From the NCBI GenBank assembly GCA_030141605.1, contig JAQGDQ010000118.1:1-64000 (forward strand): a DNA stretch of 64,000 nt. Reading direction: 5' to 3'. This stretch comes from Tubiluchus corallicola (taxonomy: Eukaryota; Animalia; Priapulida). Under the pieces are notes generated by a model, which was not told the origin of the DNA, did not search any database, and saw only the letters and a program-made list of their open reading frames with translations. Positions 41,532-54,507 of this stretch are shown here, one piece after another (the first letter of the stretch is position 1; the number at the start of each line of letters is the position of its first letter). The position numbers and the translations under genes are program-made.

Positions 41532-44500
41532 GATAGTAAGGAAGAATGACATACAAGCTCCAAACATACCTCATCTTCTTTTGCGAATTTTTCGAACATG
41601 TTCCCAAAAATTCTCTTTTCTTTTTCGTGAAATGCTTTGATTTTCTGCCGACATAACGTTGCCTCATTTTTAGCTGCTTTGTTTTCTGGGTTGACTTCGA
41701 GGACAACGAGAAAGTCTTTTAGGGCTAACTCATAGTCCTTTTGAGCAAAAAGTGCCTGAAAGAAAACAGAAAGCTTATAGTTAATAGCTTGCTGACTCAG
41801 AGTAATGGTTTACTGATGAACCCTTCTTTAAACACAGGTGTTTGGTTATTCAGATTTGTTTGAAATGAAATTTAGCAAAAAACAATGACTAAAGAGGACA
41901 CAGTACTTACAGTACAGTCTCCTATATATAACAACACGTTTATCAAACCACACTACTACCTGTGTGTGACATGTATAAAATGCTTTCACAGTGAGCCAAA
42001 CTTGGCATTTACAAGCAAAAGGTATTAGTGGAGGATTAACTATAATACTTAACACACTTACCTGGCCTCTGCGGAATAGGCCTTTTTCATTACGTGCATC
42101 TTTCTCTAATGCTTTATTGCAATTTTTTTGTGCTTCTGAATATTTTTGCAACTTCAAGTTGCACATGGCTGTATTGAGATGAGCTAAAAAAAATCGGTTC
42201 ACTGTTTATTAAAATCAGACATAAATTAAACAAAACAGCAGATGAGTTTCCAAAAAAAGGAAAGACTAAGAAATTTGCAGTTTAATTAGTTACAAATAAA
42301 GCCTATTCTTTTGAAAAAGCTGATAAGAGAGGCACAATTTAGCATGTGACTACCACGTTTACAACTAAAAAATTTACTAAAGACATGAGCTACAGTGAAT
42401 ATAACACTCCTTAAAGACTTGATCACAAGCAAGCAAAACAGAAATTAAATAAATTAGAAAGGCACTCAGTACAGCGCAGACCACCCAGACATTTACAGAT
42501 CCGCATTTCACTAAACTACACCACAGAGAATAACACTATAATCAGAAAATTCACTCTGCCCGCGGCGTGCGAACAAGTGCACCCAACGGTTAGCGGGCAA
42601 AAAAGTACAATGCATTCCTCGTATCTATGATGTTGATATTAACAATAACGTTATCTTTCGATTACCATAATATTATAATCTATGGTTTACCCGCTCGCCG
42701 TTGAAGCATAAGCGCCACGTATGCATTACCCATTTTTTGTATTAAGTGAACACTCCGTACATAGTGTTGAGATCCGTGACTACACACAAGGTGCCTTAGG
42801 ATAAGACGTCACCAATTGTCCTGACTTTGTTTCATTTGTGACGCTTTTGCAATACTTTTGCAATAATTAATCAACAGAAATCTTTCACAATTTTTAAATG
42901 ATCATAGCTAAAATGGAAAGCATTCGTTCTTGTCCCATGTCTTATCCTTTCAGAATGTTTCGAGGGAATTGGTGATGCACACAAATGGCGATGAAAACGT
43001 AACCCCTTTGGTGAAGGTGATAAAAAACTTTAAAAAAAGTAATAAAATTGTCAATCGTTATTAATCAAACACACACCTGCCAGAATAAGTGAGTTTACTT
43101 TTTCTGCAGTTTCACCTTCTGCCTTCTCATGTTCCAAATAATCTATAATTTTTTTATACTGCTTAACAGCTTTGTCATATTTTCCTTCTTTGAAAAACTT
43201 GGTTCCTTTTTCTTTCTTTATTTGTGACTGTTCTATTCTTTCGTCCGAATCCATTTCCCAAGATTCTTTTGCCTAAAAACAATAATATTAGTAGTGACGA
43301 CATCCATATAAAGTTGTAGTAATAACGATGTTAAACTTCATAAAGATTTGAGGCAAAAATATCTATACAAACAGACTTACAAATGTTACCAAAAATACTG
43401 CACTAACATTCAGTGATTACTGGTTATAAAAATCATTTCTATAGTTACCCTAGCAATGCTTCTTAACTACAACCGCCACGTGATATGTGGGTAAAGCAAA
43501 GCCATTTGCCGCATCAGTTCAGTAACTTCAATTGTTTTACGTGGACTTTACTTCACTAAGCATTAGCATGAGTGTAAAGTGATTTACTAGCAGGATCTTC
43601 CTTGGGAACAAGAAAAAATGAACTAGGTAAAGTTCTAGCTAGCTGTTAAAACTGTTAATATTACAATAGCACAAGGATTGTGAGGCATTGCGAAGTGTAT
43701 ACAAATGCGTTGTCTGGTACACGTAACCACTGACCTTTTCACGATCATCATCAATCGCAGAAGCTGGGAAAAGGCTTATTTTGCACATACTCCCTTTTGC
43801 AGATCTGGCACAAGTGCTACCTGTGTCTATTCTATTCATTATTCCTTTAAGCACCCACAGTGTCAGGTGAAATTAATACACATGGTTATTAAAATTCTAC
43901 TGAGCTTGTAGATACTGTAAGCCTAAACGGCTTGACAAATAGCTTAGATAACGATAATCAACAAACAGCTACACTTTCTTAGATGACAAATAAAAAGGCT
44001 AGTAATAAATGTAAAGATGACACACGAAAATTACTTAACAATGACAGTTAATAAAAATGCCAAGACAAAACGTCTGTGTATCATCTTGAGAATGAAGAAA
44101 AGGAAAAAACAATTTAAATACTCTAAATGCTAATTTTTTGGACTTTGGTAATGCAAGAGGTGTGCTGAAATGGTGCCTTTTCGAATTTCTTCAATGTGGA
44201 ATTTTTTTAGTCAGCAAATTACTTTAGCAATAGACATAGGTGCCGCTAGAGTTTAAAAAATTCCAAGCAGCTAGGGAGTTTGGGGCAGAGCCCTGGACAC
44301 CAACGCATTTTCCTCTATTTAAGCACATTTTGGAGGCCTCAAATGAGATCTATATTCTGGTACATAAACAGCCAGAGCTGTAAATAACTGCATGAAAATT
44401 ATTACAGAATGAATGAGCAGAGTTGTATGAATGAGATTAGACTTAGTTGACTCCATTTTTGGGATACACTGCGTGGTGTTTGGGAAGCATTACATGACGC

Positions 44501-47500
44501 TTATGTAAAAATTTTTCAGCACAAACCTTTTCAAAGGATTTTAAGTGTATGTCATATTCTAGCTCCGCATTTCCTGGAATGTTAAATTGTTCGTTCCCCT
44601 TATTGCCAAAGCCGTATGCAGGCTTCAGCTTTAGCAAAGACTGCTCGTCCTTTTTAAACTTTTTCAGTGCTTGCTCCACACCACAGGGAATCCCAATTTC
44701 CTCACCTTCTCCCAAAATGAAACGGACATCTCTTTTGTCAAAGACCTGACCGTTGAATCTACCAATCAGATGAACTGCAAAAGAAATTATTGCAAGAATA
44801 AACTCTGTTCCTTCACTCTCACACACTTACAGAAAAATAAATATGTTAATATACAACATAAAATGATTGCCCAATGCCTTATGGTCCACAGTTTTTTTTA
44901 AATATCAGAAAGGTTTGTAACCATATGACGTTAGTGCACATAAAATGACTAATGTTTAAAAGTTCAAATCCTTTGTTAAAACTTATTTTTAGAAAGAAGT
45001 AATTTTAATTAATTAAAACTTTAATATGGGCTTAAACTAAAAGTACTGGTTTTTGGGCTCATTTCCAGTGATTTTATATACATGTACAGTAGGCGCCGCT
45101 TAATAGACTCACTTTGGGACCGAAGTGTTTTGACCCAATTAACCGACTGAACCTATTAACCGATGGATGTAGTATTACTGGTATAGAAGTATGGGTCATC
45201 AGCTTAGTATGCACTGCAAAGGTTTTTAATGAATTTTAGAAATGAAGTAATACCTAAATTTCTTTGTGCAGTTACAAATTTTAAAAAAATATTTAAAATA
45301 CTAATTTATATAAGTGAAATAGCAATAAATTAAAAATTATACTTTTCTAAATCACACAAGTCTGTTTATTTGTAAGAATTTCAAAAATTCTTTCAAAGTC
45401 GGCTGCTTCATTTCCTCACGAAAAAGTTGGCTTACAAAATTCTCATAATTATAAAATGTTGAAAATCTGTTGCTGTGTGTTGCACGTATTCTCGTAAAAC
45501 ATTTAGCGTTTGTCGTGCTTGAGCAGCAGTTGGTGGTGTCTTTCACAAAATTTTCCTGTGCGTGGCCTCTTAGATGCTAGTTTGTCATTTTGGTTTACTG
45601 ACTGCTCGAATTCAGATCGTTTTTTTTCAAAATTCTGCCAAGAGTACTCTAGGAAATTATCAACAAAGCTGCTGCGCACCTCCACCCCATCTTTGGAAGT
45701 TTATCGTACTGCTCTGATATTTTTAGTTTCCCCTTAATTGTTAGACTTTTTAGTTTATGCTCCATTTTTTAAACTTCTTAACTCTATGCTCTTCATTTGT
45801 TACATGACGTTTACTCTTATAAGTCAAAAAGAATACTAGCAGAATACTGTACCTGCATCTTTGACTGTTAACTGATTGAGTGTGAAACGAGAGCTTGAAA
45901 AGGAAACCGCTAGACAAGTGATTAAATGTTTAGCTTGATCCGTAATGCGTGACGCGTGACTGTTTCCATGCTATGCTTTTTTAAAAATGTTTAGCTTATT
46001 TATGAAACAACTTGAAAAGATTATCTTGCAAGCTTTAAAACAAAATCTTTATGCTTTAAGAGTGCAAGAAAGTTCATACATGATCGGATTTCATTAAACA
46101 AAAGTTATGTAAGCTTATACCTTCGACTTGTGCATCGTCATTAGGCTGCGAATAACCCTCGCCAGCTTTGATACTTGACCTGATTATTCCGCCATCTTTT
46201 GCCTTAGAGATATCTTCTCCTTCCCAACTTATTAATTCTACCTAAGCAATTAAAGAAAACTGTAAAAATCAGTATAGTTTAGGATATCTCAAATTAGAAA
46301 AGCTTCACTCAAAAGTTCAGTAAGTAACAGAAAATGTGAGAAAATTGGAAAAAATAAACTTTAATGGCAATATTTCAACATCCCTCGCTCAGATCATTAA
46401 TTTGTCAAAACAAGTAATGGAATTCATATCTAAATTTAGAACTAGATATAGATCTAAATGTACATTTATATATACTTTGCACTGTTATCATACTCAATTG
46501 GTAGCCAAATAGAGATTACCAGATATAATCGAATATTTCTTCAAATTAACTTCTGGATTCAGATTATAACCGGATACATTAGCTAAGTTCGAATCGAATA
46601 TTCGGATCAGTTCGGATAATGAAAAATAGTAATTGTCTGAAGCCTTTAGTGCTTTTCTTTAGTCTATCACCTTAAATGACCTTACTTTAGGAGCTATTAA
46701 GGAAATTTGAAACAAGAATAAATAAATAATTCAATGAGAAACAAGAAGACTTTAATGTAAGTCAGCTATGCTACAGAAGATATTACTGGAAATCTTAGCT
46801 ATGCTTCGAATGATCATTTGTTTAGCACCACTATGTGAACACACTGTATAACAGCACACAAATAGAAAGAAAATGCGAGCAAAGTTATTCGTGAAACACA
46901 AGCGTAGACTAAAACAATCTTTGACTTTTTTGGCAATATTTTATTTATTTACTTTCGGCTGTTGAATTATTCGGAAACCATTTTCAATAACATATTACAA
47001 AAACCAGATAGCAAAAATTTGCGATTAACAAAGTTTTGCAACTAGCGGGTAATATAGGATACAAATAGCTGAGAAATCTCGCAAATATCACGATTTTTGG
47101 ATACAAATCGAATATCCTGAGTATCATTATTCACCAGCAATCATCTTAAGTATGCTGAGATCTTATTAGTTAAGTAACTCCCCAGTCCAGAGCTGTCAGT
47201 GAATAACTTTATGCAGATTACACTATTATATGACTGTAACAATGAAGAAACGACTGTTTAATGTTCAATAACACAGCGACAGTTCTAAAGCAACCTCTGC
47301 AACTCTTAATCCGTTATGTTCTTCGGTTAACATTTTATATAGTATTTTTGTTTGTATGTTTTAAACAGACATGTTTTTAAGAGATATGTCTTAAACAGAC
47401 TCAATAAACAGCTTTACCCTAAACGAATTCTTTCACTTTTGGCTGCTGCATTAGAACATTATTTCCGCTAGTGAAATTTAATGTTCTTGCATAAATTTAC

Positions 47501-49407
47501 ATTAGAAAAAACAATTTAAAACATAACATCTACCTCAAATTTTAATGTTGCATCACTAGGTATTTTAGGTGGACTTCCTGCTGTCCCGTAAGCATACTCC
47601 GGCTTGCATGTAAGAATTGCAAGTTCACCTTTCTTCATAGTGGCGACGCCAATGTCCCAGCCCTTGATAACATTTCCTAGAAAACGGTGTTATCATAAAG
47701 CACTTAATTGCGCATAACCTTAGCTCATAAACCAAGAATACACCTGTGGAACTACGTAACTAATACAAGTTTCAACATTAAGTACCATTCAATTTTCATT
47801 CATTATCATTGCTAAAACTCTGCAATTGTACATTTAACAGATCCATGACATTATTGCTTTTCTAAGTGTGTGTGTATGTGTGTATAACTCAGCTAACACA
47901 ACGTATTGGGTTCAAATCCTGGTTGTGCAAGAATTTTTAGTGACTCTTCTTCAGCTTTAGCCATTGGGCTAACTGTTGCAAGTATGTCGTCTCTTAATGC
48001 ATTGGACTGCACAGAAAGGTGCAGAGGCTTCTAAACACTTATAGATGTACCTGTCCATAAGCCAGGAGGCTCTGTTGTGTACTATTATGATGAGAATTCA
48101 AAAACCTGTTCTGCTTAGTTCGGCCTAGCAGCTCAACTGGTAAAGCATGTGCCCTAAAATCCCTCAGTAAAACACTAAGCGAGTGCTTAGTTACCCCTAG
48201 AAGGTATCATTTTTAAATAGCATTTCTGTACAACTCAGCAGAATTATGTATGACATCACACTCTGGCTCTGACTTTTTTGAATGATTTACTCTGTTATCA
48301 TTTAATAGTTCAATTCCAAACTAGTTTTACTGGCTAACTAACTTCTAGCCAGCAACTTAAATCAGCTAGTATTTTATGGCAACTCTAACATTATTATTAC
48401 TAATTATTCGTACTCAGGTACAATAAAAAAATTACGTACAAGGATTAGTCAAAAAACAACAATATATGTTAAATAATGTTAGTTAAAAAATATAAATATA
48501 ATACACATACACCAAAATGTGCATGAACACGACATTACCTTAAAAATAAGTGTCATAATCATACAGATCTATAACATATAAACTTGTTACCCATAATCAG
48601 CTGTAAATATACGAACTATCCATAACATAATATTTTATGTCAATCCAGTAATATGCAACTAGTTATAGCAAATATGAATCAAAATAGAAATTAGCTCGTT
48701 TTTCAAGAAAGTTTTGAAAACTAAAGCAAAGCAAGTGATTAAAACAGCTGCAGTGTTAAACACCACTCAGGTGTGATTAAATAAATTAAACAGACGGGCG
48801 TCATTTGCCTTACTGCCTTGGGTATTTCTTCTCTCAATAGTTGATGATGCGAACCACCCGAATTTTGGTAAGACAGCTCTGCCAGTTTTGGGTTCCACCA
48901 CAGCGGCTTATACTTGATCACGAACTCAACTATATGTTCTGGTAAAATTAGCAGCGCCTAAAATAACTGCTGAATACAGCTTTGAATTTAAAAAAATTAA
49001 AGAATGATGAGTTAGTATTTAAATAACAAGGTAGCCTATATTATATTTTTTTTACTTACTGCAATAGATAAATTACAAAGGCTGAACTCGAATTTAATCT
49101 CAGGGAAGACAAAATTACCTTTCCCTAATTGAAATGTAAATTCCTCTTCTCTGTCTCGACTGGAGTCAAATTTTGTGCCATCAAGTAAAGTTCCATCATA
49201 ATGCACATTTACAGTGTCACCTGTACAAGGATGCTCATTTCCTTGTCCTTCGCGAACAATTTCCTTTAGTACACCCCCATCGTTGTTTGGTGAAATGTCT
49301 ACTGCATTGGGATTTTCAGGTAAATCTTCACACTTTTGCCCTTTAGATGGCTCAGTATCTCCAGTTCCTGGCACTGGCTCTGTGATCATTTCACTCTCAT
49401 TGGACAT
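38644..49407 (-). CDS. FKBP4: FKBP4/FKBP52 (FKBP59)-type peptidyl-prolyl isomerase with TPR domain; 10 coding exons, ~504 aa
   Basis: Exons 49407-49119, 47676-47534, 46241-46121, 44774-44527, 43272-43077, 42183-42062, 41755-41570, 41289-41215, 39241-39215 and 38751-38644 give 1515 nt in frame. FK1 motifs [48 protein letters not shown]; FK2 domain; TPR motifs [30 protein letters not shown]; cap NMFEKFA. The last three short exons are less certain. Confidence 0.93.
40055..40562. mobile_element. Tc1/mariner (pogo-type) MITE with TA TSD
   Basis: TA|CAGTGTTCCCTC ... GAGGGAACACG|TA ends and CGCGA-rich subterminal repeats. Confidence 0.8.
40690..41110 (-). mobile_element. LINE (CR1/L2-group) ORF2 3' fragment
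   Basis: LVKRAG...[18 protein letters not shown], a degenerate IRPxLEYACxVWH motif. Confidence 0.75.
42452..43023 (-). mobile_element. Putative non-autonomous Helentron/HINE-like repeat
   Basis: Ends AATTAGAAAGGCACTCAGTACAGCGCAGACC and GAAAACGTAACCCCTTTGGTGAAGGTGATAA resemble termini of such repeats as I recall them from marine animals; not verified. Confidence 0.4.
45087..45850 (-). mobile_element. pogo/Tigger transposon remnant
   Basis: TA|CAGTAGGCGCCGCTTAATAG end. Minus-strand ATG at 45765 gives [26 protein letters not shown]...[11 protein letters not shown], a degraded CENP-B/psq HTH followed by KRPRTGK. Confidence 0.7.
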
Positions 49408-50521
49408 TATGCAGTTGTTCAAAAATTTCTAAAAAATAATTTCACTATAAGATTCAATTTCAATGTTAATACAATAATTCCATGGTACTTCTATTATTAC
49501 AATGCTTTGTAATTGACAAATTTTGCATACCACAGAGCAAATGACAGGTGAAATACACCACTGAACTCCTTAAACAAAACTTATATAAAAGAAAAGCAAG
49601 TTATTATAACTTCTTACTTTCAGTCAATTTTTCCACACATTTACACTTTTAGAAATATACACCCACATTTTTCCGACAAAAATGTATTTTTTGGCAAAAT
49701 TAGTATAGAACTATATAATACTTAGTGAAAACCTCACTACTGTAGACATTTGTTGTAGCTTGTCCCATGGCCCAGTTCCAGTTAGACCACAGAGGACAAT
49801 TAGACAAATGACCTGCTTTACAAGCAAGCCAACAAGCTCAAAGAATAAACATTAAAGATAGTAAATATTGTTAAAATTTATTTACTGTCGGTTAAACAAA
49901 TGAAGTTTAGTTTAGTTTAGTTTAGTTTATTCCAAAGCCAATTTACATAAAAATGACAATATGTTATACAAAATGTACAGTCTAAAGACATCAGAAATGA
50001 TCTTAAATTAGATATAGCCTTGTAATTTACATGAGCAAGACAAATTATCAGCTCAGATCAAAACTAAAACTTGTAAGATCTGAGCCAAATAGGTGATATG
50101 GAATAAGAGGGGCAGAAGTTGCAAATAAAAGAAGAAAATCATGAAAGGTTATGAATGTGAAGATGTGGTGACAAAGATGATGAAACAATGGAGAATGAAA
50201 GGATGTAAAGATCATTTTTACATTAGAATAAGCATTGGCATTTACATTAATGAACCATAGCAACCAACTGGGCAATGTACAACAGAGAAGGCAAACGGGC
50301 ACACCTAACAGGTGACAAATTAATTTACTTCTTCTTATTTCTTTATTTTTCTTCCCTTCTAGTTCTACACTTACTTAGATTAATTACCTTAAAAGGTAAG
50401 TTTGAAAATAATTACACGTACACAAATAATTGAAAATAAAAAACACTACCCATGTGCTTGACAGGTGTGACACTTATATGTCTAATTACATTTTATTCCT
50501 GTGAGCGCCTCTGTACTGTAG

Positions 50522-51259
50522 TAGGGCCCCTGGGCGCTATTACACTTTCGCACCGCCTAGCTTTTTATAGGTTATTACTCGTTTTTAGGCTCGTAAGTCA
50601 TCATTCTATTATTCTTACGTCATCAGTGAATGTTTCCGCTAATCTAATTGTAATTTAATCTTATTTAGGCATAATTACCAATAATTACGCTGTATTCACA
50701 GTTCGACACAGTATGGCCATCTTGTTTGTGTGTGGTCACGTGACGAATTTCGTACTAGTTTATGCATTATCAGGGCCTAGCTTAAAAGGCACGTGACACA
50801 CTTTCATCTTCAACGCATTTACGAAATAAAGAAAAAACCTTTACTTTTTTTATAATCTAATAGTAATAATATTACAGTAATAAATAAAATCAATGATAAA
50901 TAACTGTTCCGTTCCAGGCCCACCCGCGATACGATACAAACTCCCGTAGCTGCAACCCTAATAATCATAAATTATGTGAAGAAACTAAAAATACAGGTTA
51001 AGGGCCACATACGTCACTGCGCGAGAGCGATTGCGCATCAGTGATGTAAACACGGTTATTCACGTGCAGCTTTTAATGGCGGCTGTAGGTAAGTAATGCA
51101 TGATTTTAATCTGGACTTATAAAGCGTACGCAGCAATAATATTATGGGAATATGGTGTATATTACGCCTGTTGGTCTGCTTTCTGGCCTGCAGGCGTGAA
51201 AACAACCAATAGGCCAGGAAAACTAGGCGGTGCGAAAGTGTAATAGCGCCGGGCCCCTG
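50522..51259. mobile_element. hAT-like MITE in the FKBP4 5'-UTR intron
   Basis: ~37-bp TIRs containing GGCGCTATTACACTTTCGCACCGCCTAG / CTAGGCGGTGCGAAAGTGTAATAGCGCC; 8-bp flanks TACTGTAG / TATTATAG (6/8 match). Confidence 0.8.
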
Positions 51260-51444
51260 TATTATAGCCTACTGCATTGCCCGGCGGCCGTTATGACAGC
51301 CCTGAACAGCACTAAATAGGAAACTTCCATTATTCAAACAAAAGTGACATACTCACCTACAGTAATGTGCACTGAGTGATTTTTGTTTAAACGAATAAAA
51401 ACGATAGAAAACCAAGTCAAACAATCTACTGATTGCTGAACTAC

Positions 51445-51464
51445 AGAAATTTCTGGAACTGTCG
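51445..51464. promoter_or_regulatory. Heat-shock element upstream of the putative non-coding FKBP4 first exon
   Basis: aGAAa-tTTCt-gGAAc-tGTCg: three perfect nGAAn units plus one imperfect. A minus-strand donor TAG|GTGAGT lies at 51357/51356. FKBP4 is an established HSF1 target in other animals. Confidence 0.65.
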
Positions 51465-51565
51465 AACAGCACGCGCACTCATCGCGATGTTCCGCGCCAT
51501 CTAATGCCCGTTTTCTTAAATTAATAATGTTTGTTAGGGCCGTTGCACGGCCACTCTAAGCACTG

Positions 51566-51633
51566 GTTGCTACGGTACTTTACTGGTTGCCTAGTGCTGT
51601 CGTTATGGTGTCAGTATATGGTTACTGAGCAAC
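51566..51633. promoter_or_regulatory. Cluster of RFX X-box-like motifs
   Basis: GTTGCTACGGTAC (51566), GTTGCCTAGTGC (51586) and GTTACTGAGCAAC (51621-51633) in a CpG-rich patch upstream of a ciliary-family gene. Confidence 0.55.
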
Positions 51634-51844
51634 AGCGAAGCGGACGAATTAGTTGTTTTAATTTTAGAGAAGTTTTGTCAGATAATTTTAAACGGTAATA
51701 TTTTTTTACTTAACATTAATTTTATCAATTAAATAGTATTATGCACAATCACATTAACTCATATTTTAGTCTAAAGCCTACTTTGAAGTACTTTCGTATG
51801 TACATAACCGGTGTGTGATATCGAGAAATGCAGCAGTAGTTATT

Positions 51845-52260
51845 CCTCTATAAAAGTTTTAAAACTGTTGTTCGACCCATTCTGGAATACGCGTCGGTTG
51901 TATGGTCACCCCAGTATGATACTCTGAAGAATGCTCTCGAAAGAACTCAGGATAGATACACTCGTCTTGCTATTGATTTGGATCCCGCTTCAATTCTACT
52001 CTTGAGCAAAAGCGTGAGACTGTAGATCTTATGAAATGTTTCAAAATAATTAGTAGAAATACTGTTCTGACCAAAGCAGACTTTTTCCAAGAGTCTTCGT
52101 GGTCATGAATCTAAGTTATTTGTGCAACCAGCTAGAGCCAACATGAGATCACACTTCTTTGGGCATCGTGTAGTTCAACTATGGAATCATCTTTCATCAT
52201 CAACCATCAATGGTTCATCAGTTGGCAGTTTCAAAAGGCATATGAGAGAAGACCATTTAA
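51845..52260 (+). mobile_element. CR1 LINE 3' fragment
   Basis: VRPILEYASVVWSPQY...ALERTQDRYTR and RGHESKLF...RSHFFGHRVVQLWNHL...SFKRHM. Confidence 0.85.
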
Positions 52261-52269
52261 AGATAGTTA

Positions 52270-53020
52270 CCATCTAGGTCCTTATTTCTTTGGATAAGGG
52301 ATAAAGGATATGTACTGCTAATGTATCATACTTGATGGTGTTCCTGGTCATCTATAACGATTCTTCAGTCTTCAAATTAATGTTTTCTTAGGATTTTCCA
52401 GTACTTCCAGGATCTGTGAGTGAAGAAATTGTTTTTATACCTGTGCTAGCACACAGTTGCTTGAATTAGTAGAAATACTGTTCTGACCGAGGCAGAAATT
52501 AATTTTTCTCAGAATAGTTCCATCAGAACACCGGAAACTGTACATTGACAGCTCCTAAAGATTTCTTGTACTTTTAATTAAAATTGCACATGGACATCTA
52601 CTGAAGACTTTGCCAGTAATGCCTAAGTTCTACTTTTTTAATACTAATGTAATGTTTATGTGGAACAGAATTAAAAGCTTTGGCAAAATCCGTATAGACT
52701 ATGTCCATATCCACACCTGGTTTATCAAACCAATTTATTCACCCGTGCAAGCATTTGTGTATAACAATCCTTCGCTCAAATTCTTTGAAAACCATGCTGA
52801 TGGCAAGATATAATGCTATCCTCAGTACAAGTAATTTATGATAATTATGATCATTTGTAATTTTCTTGAGAATTTTAAAAACCAGACTAGGTAAAAAAGT
52901 GGGTCTATAGATAATTTTCTGCTAATTGTTTGAAGCCTTTTTTTGTATCGGGCAAACACTAGCATCTAGCCAGTCTCTGGGAAGATTAATTGCCTGTATT
53001 AATAGACTCTTTAAAATTTA
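52270..53020 (-). mobile_element. CR1-type LINE RT fragment, degraded
   Basis: Minus-strand NYRPTFL and DIVYTDFAKAF motifs. Confidence 0.7.
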
Positions 53021-53134
53021 ATAGTAGAGTTATAACAGTGAAGAAAAATTTTAAATTATTTATTAAAATGAAGAGATGAATATCATGTGTGCTGTTGATT
53101 TATAAGAGTTGATTTTATGCGCTATATTTCTTAT

Positions 53135-53873
53135 GGTGCATGGCAAAAATGGTGCAGAAAAATGGCACAGGAAAAAATGGTACAAATGGAAAAGTAGGCA
53201 CAGAAGTTATTTTGGTGCAATTGTTTTCTATAATAAAACTACAATGTGCTCAGTAGGAAGCAAATCTCTGCGACAGCCAAACAATCCTAAACTTAAACGT
53301 CTGATTCTTTTGATTAAAAAGAATAAAAAAAAACAAATACACCTGTATTTGGTATTATATAGACTAGCAAATGACTCACAAAATATTTTGTTCATCTAAT
53401 GGGAATCAATAACTCACGAATATTTCACATATTGTTTATCTACTTTTCTTTAACCATTAATTTTAGCAATGGTAGCAGACTGACATAATTATATATCATT
53501 ATATAATTATAATCAGAAGTATTTACATACCAAGTCAGTTTATATAGCTAGATGGTGTGCTTCACGAATGTTTTTTGTACATGGTGTTCGGTCATGCTTT
53601 GCAAAAAAAACGGGCAAAAAAATTCCCATTTTGGCACCCCATAACTGCCTTCTCTACAAAATTTCTCAGAAATCTGTTAGGGAGTTTTTGTGTAAGAGGC
53701 TTACTGCTAAAACAGACAAGAAAATTCATGTTTTACTAAGTCTGCCATTTTTCCTGTGTCATTTTTACCTACTTTTCCATTTGTGCCGTATTTTCCTGTG
53801 CCATTTTCCCCAGTACCATTTTTACCGATTTTTTCCATGTCATTTTTCCCCAGGCAGTTTTTACCTACGTTCC
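53135..53873. mobile_element. Non-autonomous DNA transposon (MULE-like?) with arrays of AAAAATGGCACAG subterminal repeats
   Basis: Inverted arrays of GGAAAAATGGCACA / TGTGCCATTTTTCC-like units; direct flank TTCTTAT at 53128-53134 and 53874-53880. Confidence 0.6.
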
Positions 53874-54507
53874 TTCTTATATCAGTAACAGAGAAGTGAA
53901 CATTATTTAATGGTTCATAATTTCTGTTAGAGGTTAATTCAATGCTGCTGGTGGATATTTTAACATTGCTGTTTATTGAAAGACAGTCCTATTTCCCCCT
54001 CCTCAGCGCTTCCTCAAGAATATGTAAGTCTGCAACACAGAAACCACAACATTTTCCATTACAATGTCGTCTAGTGAGAGAAAATGTGCTAATTATTAAT
54101 CAAAAGTGACTCCAAATGTGACTTATACCCCAAATTGTATTGTATTTTAGATTTAAACTCATAAAAGGAATGATTATGAAATTTTAACCATTGACATAAT
54201 TATATAATTTGCACAATTTTTCTATTTCTGTTGTAGTGTATATTGTCACATTTTTTGTAATGTAATTCCAAAGGATGGTGTGAGGAAACCATGTGTAGGG
54301 CATCAACAAAAAAGTCATGTCGTGATATCACACTATAGTTACTGCATTAGTGTAATATATTATGTTTTTCGGTAGTGTACGTTATTTGTCATTATGCTTC
54401 TGATTTGGCTATCTCCATCTAGGGCACTAATGTGATATATATAATGTAAGCCATATCATTTTTTATTTGTGTTTCAGTATTTCAAAATTAGCCGAAGAGC
54501 AAAAATC

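Noticed and set aside
53568-53888. Phe/Cys/His-rich 106-aa ORF
   Set aside because: Translation of the tandem subterminal repeats of a DNA element.
53929-54023. Upstream coding exon for the MYCBPAP-like ORF
   Set aside because: The frame that would join the ORF has an upstream stop and no ATG; at most a 5'-UTR exon.
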